NCBI GenBank assembly: GCA_022750455.1
Contig: JAKIVR010000062.1
Coordinates: 1 to 10,819, forward strand
DNA length: 10,819 nucleotides
Reading direction: 5' to 3'
From: Thermoplasmata archaeon
GTDB taxonomy: Archaea > Thermoplasmatota > Thermoplasmata > Lutacidiplasmatales > UBA184
The notes beneath the pieces are model-generated. The model had not been told where the DNA came from. It saw nothing but the letters and a program-made list of their open reading frames with translations, and did no database searches. Below, in pieces: positions 1-6,180 of this stretch (position 1 is its first letter; each line of letters opens with the position of its first letter). Position numbers and translations under genes: made by a program.

Positions 1-114
1 ACTGACGAGCCCCACCGAAGGGAACCCGTCGATGACGATCGCCCCTTCGACGTCGACGCGCTTGACCTCGTAGATGTGGACCGTCTCGTGACCGGTCGGC
101 GCCGGCTCGCGCAT
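1..114 (-). CDS. PAC2-family (PbaA/PbaB-like) proteasome assembly chaperone homologue; only the N-terminal 38 codons lie in the window, and the gene continues beyond position 1
   Basis: Reverse-complement translation from the ATG at 114..112 gives MREPAPTGHETVHIYEVKRVDVEGAIVIDGFPSVGLVS. The AIVIDGFPSVGLVS segment matches the conserved N-terminal P-x-L-I-E-G-x-P-G-I-G-x-V-G motif of PAC2/COG1938 proteins. The ATG overlaps the TAA stop of the upstream gene in a TAATG arrangement. The codon-3 position is G/C rich. Confidence 0.45.
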   Translation of the reverse strand, partial: MREPAPTGHETVHIYEVKRVDVEGAIVIDGFPSVGLVS

Positions 115-473
115 TAGAGCGTCTTCTCCACGATCTGACCGAGCCCTTCGCCGAGGAGCTCGATCGCCTCGCGCGTGAGCTGGCGGCGGAGCTCCGGCGG
201 AGCGGCGGCCAACCCGAGGCGCGCCGTGCACGCGCCGACCCGGACGAGGGCGGCGTACTCGGCGGCGCGGGCCTCGAGGAGCGCCCGCACGGCCTCGCGC
301 ATCGCCTTCGCGATCGCAGGGTTCTCCTTCAAGGTCTTCTCGAGGTGGCGGCGAATCTCGTCCTTGACGATATCGCGGGTCGCCTCCCGGACGAGCTCCT
401 CCGGTCGTAGGAGATCGCGCGTGCTCTTCAACAGAATATCGAGAGGCTCGTCGCCGAGGGGAGAATCGCCCAT
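114..473 (-). CDS. Small alpha-helical hypothetical protein (119 aa), translationally coupled to the downstream PAC2-like gene
   Basis: Complete ORF from the ATG at 473..471 to the TAA at 116..114. It has high GC3 and a non-degenerate amino-acid composition, helical and Glu/Arg/Leu/Ala rich. Its stop overlaps the start of the PAC2-like gene (TAATG). An AT-rich island at 496-503 lies about 27 nt upstream of the ATG, which suggests a leaderless transcript. Confidence 0.55.
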   Translation of the reverse strand: MGDSPLGDEPLDILLKSTRDLLRPEELVREATRDIVKDEIRRHLEKTLKENPAIAKAMREAVRALLEARAAEYAALVRVGACTARLGLAAAPPELRRQLTREAIELLGEGLGQIVEKTL

Positions 474-495
474 CGACCGACGGAACCGACCCGGG

Positions 496-503
496 GCATA
501 ATG
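496..503 (-). promoter_or_regulatory. TATA-like element (CATTAT on the minus strand) about 27 nt upstream of the leaderless ATG at 473
   Basis: gcATAATGgtttt is the only AT-rich island in the 474-595 spacer. Its distance to the minus-strand start matches the archaeal -26/-27 TATA position. It could also serve the divergent tRNA-Ala gene. Confidence 0.3.
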
Positions 504-595
504 GTTTTCGGCTGGGCAGCGGGCGGTCGGCGGCGAGCGAGGAGGGTCCCTATCGAGAACCCTTATGCTCGCCGGGGATTCGCCGGCCGAGGCGT

Positions 596-698
596 GGGCC
601 GGTAGATCAGCGGAAGATCGCTACCTTGGCAAGGTAGAGGTCGCGAGTTCAAAGGGTCGGGAGGCTCACCTCCCGGCCAGGAAATCTCGCCCGGTCCA
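596..698 (+). tRNA. tRNA-Ala (anticodon GGC) with a 31-nt insertion in the T-loop, read as a putative non-canonical intron
   Basis: Acceptor stem GGGCCGG (596-602) pairs with CCGGTCC (691-697) and includes the G3:U70 Ala identity pair (G598:T695). U8 is present, then a D-arm GATC/AGCGGAA/GATC with G18G19. The anticodon arm is CTACC/TTGGCAA/GGTAG (621-637), with U33 and anticodon GGC at 628-630. A 5-nt variable loop follows. The T-stem GCGAG (643-647) pairs with CTCGC (686-690). The T-loop TTCAAA..T is interrupted by 31 nt (654-684). The discriminator is A698, followed by CC and no encoded full CCA. Confidence 0.8.
654..684 (+). other. Putative non-canonical tRNA intron in the T-loop of tRNA-Ala (position 59/60, or 56-59 because of the flanking AAA ambiguity)
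   Basis: A 31-nt insert, GGGTCGGGAGGCTCACCTCCCGGCCAGGAAA, sits between T-loop nucleotides TTCAAA and T. Internally it forms a 10-bp GC-rich hairpin (655-664 paired with 669-678, loop CTCA). Every other tRNA element is canonical, so splicing at this site restores a 7-nt TTCAAAT loop. Confidence 0.5.
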
Positions 699-705
699 CC
701 TCGCG

Positions 706-730
706 CTGTCGGGTCCGCTCTCCCCGACAG
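706..730 (+). other. Perfect 8-bp inverted repeat/hairpin (CTGTCGGG..CCCGACAG) just downstream of tRNA-Ala
   Basis: 706-713 CTGTCGGG is the exact reverse complement of 723-730 CCCGACAG, with a 9-nt loop. It begins 6 nt past the tRNA CC end. A second, 5-bp hairpin (GTTCG gtgt CGAAC) lies at 735-748. Confidence 0.3.
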
Positions 731-774
731 CATCGTTCGGTGTCGAACCCCCTCAACGACATCCGCCCGCCAGA

Positions 775-781
775 TTATATA
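775..781 (+). promoter_or_regulatory. Archaeal TATA box (TTATATA) with a purine-rich BRE-like upstream flank; predicted promoter of the regulator/mevalonate operon
   Basis: ccagaTTATATAcgg is the strongest AT island in a GC-rich context. Its centre lies 27 nt upstream of the GTG at 805, which fits a leaderless transcript. Confidence 0.45.
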
Positions 782-804
782 CGGCAGTTTTCCTCGCCGG
801 GTCC

Positions 805-1482
805 GTGGAATCGGACCTCAAGGAGAAGATCGCGGGCGAGGTCGTTCTCTCTCCGCGACCGGGTCGGACCCTTCGGAAGTGGCGGGAGGATTTCGGCATC
901 TCCCAGCGCGATCTCGCCGCCGCGCTCAACACGGTCCCGTCCGTTGTCTCCGATTACGAATCGGAGCGTCGGCTGAGCCCGGGCGCCGCCTTCCTCCGCC
1001 GCTACGTCGAGGCGCTGTTCGAGGTCGACCGCCAGCACGGGGGGAAAGTCGCCCAGCGACTCGGACTGACCGTGCACTCCGATGGGATCCTCGCGCTCCG
1101 CGAGTTCTCCGTAGCGATCCCCTTGCGGTCGTTGGCCGAAAGTTTGGAGGCGAAGGCGACGAGCCGGGTCGACATGCACCGGGACCTCCACGGGTACACG
1201 CTTCTCGACGCGCCTCGGGCGATCCTCTCTATCGACGCCACCCGGTTCGCCGAGGTGTACGGTTGGACGACGCAACGAGCGCTCATCTTTTCTAACGTCC
1301 GGTATGGGCGCTCCCCCATGGTGGCGATCCGGGCTCATCCGATGAAGCCCGCCGCGGTCGTCTTCGCGAACCCCGGGCGCGTGGACGCCCTGGCCGTCCG
1401 ATTGAGCGAAATCGAAAATATCCCCCTCCTCACGACCCACCTCGGTGCGCCCGAAGTGATCGAACGCCTCGAGGAGATGTAG
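805..1482 (+). CDS. XRE-family helix-turn-helix transcriptional regulator with an uncharacterised C-terminal domain of about 150 aa (archaeal HTH + DUF architecture)
   Basis: The frame contains a classic HTH_3 segment, [35 protein letters not shown]. The ORF track starts at 565, but 596-700 is a tRNA on the same strand, so the start must be downstream. GTG 805 is the first start codon after the tRNA and is positioned by the TATA box at 775-781. The gene ends at TAG 1480-1482, 16 nt before the HMG-CoA synthase ATG. Confidence 0.7.
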   Translation: MESDLKEKIAGEVVLSPRPGRTLRKWREDFGISQRDLAAALNTVPSVVSDYESERRLSPGAAFLRRYVEALFEVDRQHGGKVAQRLGLTVHSDGILALREFSVAIPLRSLAESLEAKATSRVDMHRDLHGYTLLDAPRAILSIDATRFAEVYGWTTQRALIFSNVRYGRSPMVAIRAHPMKPAAVVFANPGRVDALAVRLSEIENIPLLTTHLGAPEVIERLEEM

Positions 1483-1498
1483 GCGGAAGGGAACAACC

Positions 1499-2551
1499 AT
1501 GGACGCAGGCATCGTGAGCTATGGCGCGTACGTGCCCCGGTACCGGATCACCCCCACGGAGATCGGCAAGGTCTGGGGCGTCGACGGGGCCGGGATGGGC
1601 ATCGGACTGAACGTCCACCGGAAGTCTGTCCCCGGACCTGACGAGGACACGATCACGATCAGCACGGAGGCGCTGCGCGTGGCGCTCGTCCGCGGCGCCA
1701 TCGACCCCCAGACGATCGGAGCGCTGTACGTCGGCAGCGAGTCTCACCCGTACGCGGTCAAGCCGACGGCGACCGTCGTGGCGCAGGCGGTCGGGGCAAC
1801 GCCGTATCTCACGGCCGCCGACTTCGAGTTCGCGTGCAAGGCCGGCACGGCAGCTATCCAGACCTGCCTAGGTCTCGTCGGGGCCCACATGATCCAGTAC
1901 GGGGTCGCCATCGGCTCCGACACGAGCCAAGGCGCCCCGGGAGACGCCCTGGAGTACTCCGCGAGCGCCGGCGGGGCGGCGTTCGTCATCGGCCGGGAGC
2001 ACATCATCGCCCGAGTCAATCACACCGTCTCCTACACGACCGACACCCCGGACTTCTGGCGTCGTGAAGGACAACGGTATCCGAGCCACGGAGGGCGGTT
2101 CACCGGCGAGCCCGCCTTCTTCCGCCACGTCACCGAATGTGCCGCGCACATGTTCGAGACGGCGGGCACGTCCCCCAAGGAGTACCAGCACGTCGTCTTC
2201 CACCAGCCGAACGGAAAGTTCCCCCAACGGGTCGGCAAACAGCTCGGCTTCACCGACGCGCAGATGAAGTATGGACTCGTGACCCCGTACATCGGAAACA
2301 CCTACTCGGGGGCGGCACTCATCGGGCTCGCGAACGTGCTCGACGTGGCCAAGCCCGGGGAGCGGATCCTCGTGGTAGGGTACGGCAGCGGCGCGGGATC
2401 GGACGCGTTCGACCTCGTCACGACCGACGAGATCGCGACGTACGACCGTCGTTTCGGCGTGCCGGTGCAAGAGTACCTCGACCACGGCGTCGAGATCCCG
2501 TACGCCGTCTACGCGAAGTTCCGCGGCAAGATCCACATGGGAGGGAGCTGA
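1499..2551 (+). CDS. Hydroxymethylglutaryl-CoA synthase, archaeal type (350 aa)
   Basis: The N-terminus [17 protein letters not shown] is the archaeal HMGCS signature. The length and motifs (catalytic-Cys region [12 protein letters not shown]-terminal [11 protein letters not shown]) fit a condensing-enzyme fold. A GGAAGG Shine-Dalgarno lies about 8 nt upstream. The TGA stop is 2 nt before the thiolase ATG. Confidence 0.93.
   Translation: MDAGIVSYGAYVPRYRITPTEIGKVWGVDGAGMGIGLNVHRKSVPGPDEDTITISTEALRVALVRGAIDPQTIGALYVGSESHPYAVKPTATVVAQAVGATPYLTAADFEFACKAGTAAIQTCLGLVGAHMIQYGVAIGSDTSQGAPGDALEYSASAGGAAFVIGREHIIARVNHTVSYTTDTPDFWRREGQRYPSHGGRFTGEPAFFRHVTECAAHMFETAGTSPKEYQHVVFHQPNGKFPQRVGKQLGFTDAQMKYGLVTPYIGNTYSGAALIGLANVLDVAKPGERILVVGYGSGAGSDAFDLVTTDEIATYDRRFGVPVQEYLDHGVEIPYAVYAKFRGKIHMGGS
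2541..2547 (+). promoter_or_regulatory. Shine-Dalgarno (GGAGGGAG) for the thiolase gene, embedded in the 3' end of the HMGCS gene
   Basis: GGAGGGAG lies 6-8 nt upstream of ATG 2554. Confidence 0.5.
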
Positions 2552-2553
2552 CG

Positions 2554-3723
2554 ATGCGCGAGGTGGCGATCCTCGGCGTCGGCATGACCCGGTTCGGGGA
2601 GCTCTGGGACAGTTCGTTCCGAGAGATCGGGATCCAGGCCGGACTCTCGGCGCTCGTCGATTCCAAGCTCTCGAGCCAGGACCTGAACGCGCTCTATCTC
2701 GGGAACATGGCGAGCGGCACGCTGCTCGAACAGGAGCATATCGCCCCGCTCCTGATGGATTATGCCGGGCTCGCCGGCCATCACCTGCCCGCGATCCGGA
2801 TCGAAGCCGGGGGGGCCTCTGGCGCCGTCGCCCTCCACCAGGGCTACTTGGCGGTCGCGAGCGGCAAGTACGACTTCGTCGTCGTCGGGGGCGCCGAGAA
2901 GATGACCGACGTGCCCGATGTCGCGGCGAACCGCATCCTCGGCGGCACCGCCGACCAAGAGTGGGAGAGTGTGTTCGGCGCGACGCTTCCCGGGCTCTGG
3001 GCGCTCATGGCCCGACGCCACATGCACGACTTCGGCACGACACGCGAACAACTGGCGAGCGTGCCGGTGCAGGCCCACGAGATGGCGTCGAAGAACCCGA
3101 ACGCCCACTACCGGAACAAGATCACCCTGGAGCAGGTCCTCCATGCTGGCCCGGTCGCCGAGCCGCTCGGGGTCTTCGACTGCGCGCCTCTCAGCGATGG
3201 CGCAGCCGCCGTCGTTCTCGGCCCGGCCGAGCGGGCGCGCAAGTTCACCGACATCCCGGTTCGGATCGCGGCGAGCGAGATGGCGACGGATACGCTGGCG
3301 CTGCAACACCGATCGTCGATCACTCGCTTGGATGCCACGGTCGTCGCCGCGAAGCGTGCGTTCGCGCACGCCGGCAAGTCCCCGAAGGACGTGCAGGTCG
3401 CCGAGATCCACGACGCCTACTCGATCAGCGCCCTGCTCGCGTTGGAGGACCTCGGATTCGAGACCAAGGGCCATGCCGGGGCGGCGTTCGCTGACGGGAC
3501 GTACGGGATCGGGGGACGCACGACCGTGAACCCGTCCGGCGGATTGAAGGCCCAGGGCCAGCCGTTCGGCGCCGTCGGGGTCGCCCAAGTGGTGGAGCTC
3601 GTCCGACAGCTCCGGGGCCTCTCGGAGGCCCGGCAAGTCGCGGGGGCGACGCTGGCGCTCAGCCACGACGTCGGCGGCACGGGCGCCACGAGCGTCGTAC
3701 ATCTCTTGGAACGGATGAACTGA
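2554..3723 (+). CDS. Acetyl-CoA C-acetyltransferase (acetoacetyl-CoA thiolase), archaeal SCP-x-like type (389 aa)
   Basis: It starts MREVAILGVGMTRFGELWD and includes LGNMASG, a nucleophile-Cys region, and GFETKGHAGAAFADGTY...NPSGGLKAQGQPFGAVG near the C-terminus. This is the typical archaeal thiolase encoded beside HMGCS and DUF35. The ORF track's 2137 start is an upstream in-frame extension that overlaps HMGCS; the ATG at 2554 with a strong SD is the real start. It ends at TGA 3721-3723. Confidence 0.92.
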   Translation: MREVAILGVGMTRFGELWDSSFREIGIQAGLSALVDSKLSSQDLNALYLGNMASGTLLEQEHIAPLLMDYAGLAGHHLPAIRIEAGGASGAVALHQGYLAVASGKYDFVVVGGAEKMTDVPDVAANRILGGTADQEWESVFGATLPGLWALMARRHMHDFGTTREQLASVPVQAHEMASKNPNAHYRNKITLEQVLHAGPVAEPLGVFDCAPLSDGAAAVVLGPAERARKFTDIPVRIAASEMATDTLALQHRSSITRLDATVVAAKRAFAHAGKSPKDVQVAEIHDAYSISALLALEDLGFETKGHAGAAFADGTYGIGGRTTVNPSGGLKAQGQPFGAVGVAQVVELVRQLRGLSEARQVAGATLALSHDVGGTGATSVVHLLERMN

Positions 3724-3724
3724 C

Positions 3725-3730
3725 GGAGGA
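3725..3730 (+). promoter_or_regulatory. Shine-Dalgarno (GGAGGA) for the DUF35 gene
   Basis: GGAGGA lies 6 nt upstream of ATG 3737. Confidence 0.5.
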
Positions 3731-3736
3731 CGAACG

Positions 3737-4225
3737 ATGACCACAGTGGCCCGGTATTGGAGAGAGACCCCCCGACGGTACAATCTCGGCGGATGCCGCT
3801 GCCCCACGTGCCGGACGGTGTTCTTCCCGCCCCGCTCGGTGTGCCCGGCGTGCGTGACCCACCGCCGATCGTTTGGGAAGATGGAGCCGTTCCAACTCTC
3901 GGGCGACGGCGAGGTGTTCAGCTACAGCATCGTCCACGACGCGGCGGAAGGGTTCGAGATGCAGGTGCCGTACGTCCTCGCTCTCGTGAAGACGCCGGAA
4001 GGCCCGACGCTCACCGGTCAGGTCGTCGACGTCGCGCCCGACCAGATCCGGATCGGGCTCCGGGTCCACGCGACGTTCCGCAAACTGCGGGAAGAAGGGC
4101 GGGCCGGTGTGATCCATTATGGGTACAAGTTCGCCCCGGTATCGGAGCCGCTTGCCGGTACGGGGACGGCCGAATCCGCCAGCCCGGCCCAGGCCCCGGG
4201 AGAGCGGGGACGCGTTCGGGCGTGA
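3737..4225 (+). CDS. DUF35 family protein (N-terminal rubredoxin-like Zn ribbon plus OB fold); the scaffold subunit of the archaeal thiolase/HMGCS complex; carries a C-terminal tail of about 30 aa rich in Ala/Gly/Pro/Ser
   Basis: CRCPTCRTVFFPPRSVCPAC is the four-Cys zinc ribbon. It is followed by the OB-fold region (FSYSIVHD...VPYVLALVKTPEGPTLTGQVVDV). Gene order and spacing after the thiolase match the conserved archaeal trio. The TGA stop at 4223-4225 overlaps the GTG of the next gene. Confidence 0.88.
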   Translation: MTTVARYWRETPRRYNLGGCRCPTCRTVFFPPRSVCPACVTHRRSFGKMEPFQLSGDGEVFSYSIVHDAAEGFEMQVPYVLALVKTPEGPTLTGQVVDVAPDQIRIGLRVHATFRKLREEGRAGVIHYGYKFAPVSEPLAGTGTAESASPAQAPGERGRVRA

Positions 4226-4962
4226 CCGCCCCATCGTACCCCTCCGAGGAGACCCTGCAAGACGATGAGTACGCGACGGCCTACGTCGCCGGGTATACCG
4301 AAGGGCTGCGCGAAGCGCTCCGCGAGGTCCTCCAGAATGCGTCTCGCGGTCACACGGCCGCCGAGATCCGCATCTTGGCCGAAAGCCGCCTCGCCCGGGT
4401 GCGCGAGGACGCGGAGGTCAAGCGCCGCAGCCTGCTCGCGCCGCCCCGTCGAGCCGCGTGGGGCCCGCTGCTCCGGAGCCGCGCTCCGGCCCCGCCCGTC
4501 GCCCAACTGTTTGCCCAGGAGTGGGTGCCCGGTACGGCGTTCCTCTTCCGAGAGCCTCAACCCCAGAAGGCCCTGCAACTCCTAGAGCGCGGCGCGGCCG
4601 TCTGCGAGCGCCTGTTGTGGGTGAGTCGGCGTCAGCCCCCGACGTTCCCGGCGACGTTGACCATCGACTGGATTCGCCCGACGCCCTCCCGAACCGGCTC
4701 CGAGCCCGGCGCCGGGACGCTCGACCCCGGGGCGATCGCGGGCCGGGTCGCCGACGCCGGGGATGGGCCGGTCGTCGTGTATGTCGACGCGCTCGAGTTC
4801 CTCGCCACGGAGTACAGCTGGGAGACGACGCTCCGATTCGTCAACTGGCTCGCCGGCTGGCCAGCGGGGCGCGCCGGGACCGTCGTCGTCTCGGTCGACC
4901 CCCGGACTCTCGACGAACGAAACCAACACCGTCTTGAGAGCGCGTTCTCGCGGGTGGCCTGA
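4222..4962 (+). CDS. DUF835-like protein (247 aa from GTG 4222); N-terminal helical region of about 110 aa plus a C-terminal DUF835-type domain
   Basis: The C-terminal half, LLWVSRRQPPTFPATLTIDWIRPT...GPVVVYVDALEFLATEYSWETTLRFVNWLAGW..GTVVVSVDPRTLDERNQHRLESAF, matches the DUF835 pattern as I recall it (..ciyiSR..P........ivWLt.. / vvlLDgLEYL...ngFe.vl.fl..L.d / lvvsvdP.aLderelalLe). There is no in-frame ATG anywhere in the gene. GTG 4222 (GTGA overlap with the DUF35 stop; GGGGA 11 nt upstream) is the first start after a Pro/Gly/Arg-rich non-coding-like stretch. In-frame TTG 4375 and GTG 4399 are alternatives. Confidence 0.7.
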   Translation: MTAPSYPSEETLQDDEYATAYVAGYTEGLREALREVLQNASRGHTAAEIRILAESRLARVREDAEVKRRSLLAPPRRAAWGPLLRSRAPAPPVAQLFAQEWVPGTAFLFREPQPQKALQLLERGAAVCERLLWVSRRQPPTFPATLTIDWIRPTPSRTGSEPGAGTLDPGAIAGRVADAGDGPVVVYVDALEFLATEYSWETTLRFVNWLAGWPAGRAGTVVVSVDPRTLDERNQHRLESAFSRVA

Positions 4963-4971
4963 TCGGATCCG

Positions 4972-6180
4972 ATGGAGAGCTTGCGCATCGAGTGGTTCAC
5001 GGACAGCTTCGCCCCGATGCTCGACGGGACGGCCACGCAGCTCGAAGCCCTCGGCCGCGAGCTCGCCCGCGAGGGCCACCAGGTCACCGTTCGAACCCCG
5101 AGGAACGGACCGGGGGCGACGGGCGTGACCGAGGAGGAGGGCGTGACGGTGAAGCGCCACCGCTCCCTGCCGGTCCCCGGTCGCATCCCGTACCGGTGGG
5201 CGATCTTTCCGTTCGGCCCCGTTCTCGGGGGCGGACTTCCCGGGGGGACTGACGTCGTACACGTGCACACGCCGGGCGTCGTCGGCAGTGTGGGTTTGTT
5301 CGCGGCCCGGCGGGCCGAGCTCCCCGTGCTCGGCACGTTCCACACGGACCTCTACGCAATGCGCGGTGGGTTCGAACACATCCCCGGCCATCGGCTCCTC
5401 TTCTCCGGGATCGGCATCTGGGCGCCGGGGATCTACTTCCGGTGCGACGGCTGCACGGCCCCGACGGAGCCGGCGCGGGAGGCGCTGCTGGCGTACGCCC
5501 GCAAACCGTGGCGCCACGAGGTGGAGATCGTCCCGAGCGGCATCGACGCCTCTCGATTCCACCCGGGGATCGGAATTCCCGATTGGCGCGCTCGGTGCGG
5601 TCTGAGCGACGCGCCGCTGATCACCTTCCTCGGCCGATTGACGATCGACAAGGGCGTGGGCCGTCTCTTGGACGCGTTGGACCGGCTGCCGGCGGATCTC
5701 CCCTGGAACGGTGTGATCGGGGGAACCGGCCCGCAGGCGCCCACGATCCAGGAGCGGATCCGCGCCTCGCCGCGACTGCGAGAGCGGGTTCGCTATGTCG
5801 GTCCGGTCGCGGAAGAGGAGAAGCCGGCGCTCCTCTCCCAGACCGACGTCTTCACCCTCCCCTCCGTCTCCGACACCTCCTCCCTCGGCCTGTTGGAAGC
5901 GATGGCCTCCGGGGCGGCGGTCGTCTCCACGTCCGTGGGCGGCCCGGCCGCGCTCGTCAAGGACCACCTCACCGGCCGCATCGTCGACCCCCGGCCGGGG
6001 CCCCTCGCGGGCGTGCTCGAAGAGATCCTGCGCGACGCCACGGACCGCCGGGCCCTCGCCGGCGCGGGACGGGCGTGGGTCTTGGAGGAGCGGACGGTCG
6101 CCGCGACGGCGCGCCGTTATGTCTCCGCTTACCGTCGTCTCCTCGACGCCCGGAGCGTCTCCAATGTCCACCCCGGTTGA
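4972..6180 (+). CDS. Glycosyltransferase family 4 (GT-B fold, retaining) protein (402 aa)
   Basis: The N-terminus MESLRIEWFTDSFAPMLDGTATQLEALGRELAREGHQVTVRTP is the typical GT4 N-terminal domain. An E-x7-E motif region, EEEKPALLSQTDVFTLPSVSDTSSLGLLEAMASGAAVVST, lies in the C-terminal domain. The gene starts 9 nt after the DUF835 stop. Confidence 0.85.
   Translation: MESLRIEWFTDSFAPMLDGTATQLEALGRELAREGHQVTVRTPRNGPGATGVTEEEGVTVKRHRSLPVPGRIPYRWAIFPFGPVLGGGLPGGTDVVHVHTPGVVGSVGLFAARRAELPVLGTFHTDLYAMRGGFEHIPGHRLLFSGIGIWAPGIYFRCDGCTAPTEPAREALLAYARKPWRHEVEIVPSGIDASRFHPGIGIPDWRARCGLSDAPLITFLGRLTIDKGVGRLLDALDRLPADLPWNGVIGGTGPQAPTIQERIRASPRLRERVRYVGPVAEEEKPALLSQTDVFTLPSVSDTSSLGLLEAMASGAAVVSTSVGGPAALVKDHLTGRIVDPRPGPLAGVLEEILRDATDRRALAGAGRAWVLEERTVAATARRYVSAYRRLLDARSVSNVHPG
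6152..6155 (+). promoter_or_regulatory. Shine-Dalgarno (GGAG) for the last operon gene, inside the 3' end of the GT4 gene
   Basis: GGAG lies 8 nt upstream of ATG 6164. Confidence 0.4.

Noticed and set aside
565-804. N-terminal 80 codons of the track's 305-aa regulator ORF
   Set aside because: Positions 596-700 encode tRNA-Ala on the same strand, and the translated segment is Pro/Arg/Ala/Ser-rich. The real CDS must start after the tRNA, at GTG 805.
775-1512. 245-aa minus-strand ORF antisense to the regulator
   Set aside because: Arg/Asp/Gly/Pro-rich antisense composition. The plus strand carries a textbook HTH_3 motif.
2137-2553. Upstream 139-codon extension of the thiolase ORF (track start 2137)
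   Set aside because: It overlaps the HMGCS gene in another frame and translates to Arg/Gly/Pro-rich sequence. ATG 2554 with a GGAGGGAG SD, giving the MREVAILGVGM thiolase N-terminus, is the genuine start.
2509-3807. 432-aa minus-strand ORF antisense to the thiolase
   Set aside because: Arg-rich junk composition. It lies wholly inside a gene with unmistakable thiolase motifs on the other strand.
3757-4221. TTG-initiated 5' part of the 401-aa ORF that runs through the DUF35 gene in another frame
   Set aside because: It overlaps a well-supported DUF35 CDS and has Arg/Pro/Gly-rich composition. The protein-like sequence in this frame begins only at GTG 4222.
5795-6118. Upstream extension of the last operon gene (track start 5795), overlapping GT4
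   Set aside because: It translates to Ser/Pro/Arg-rich low complexity (MSVRSRKRRSRRSSPRPTSSPSPPSP...) inside the GT4 gene. Realistic starts are ATG 6164 or 6119.
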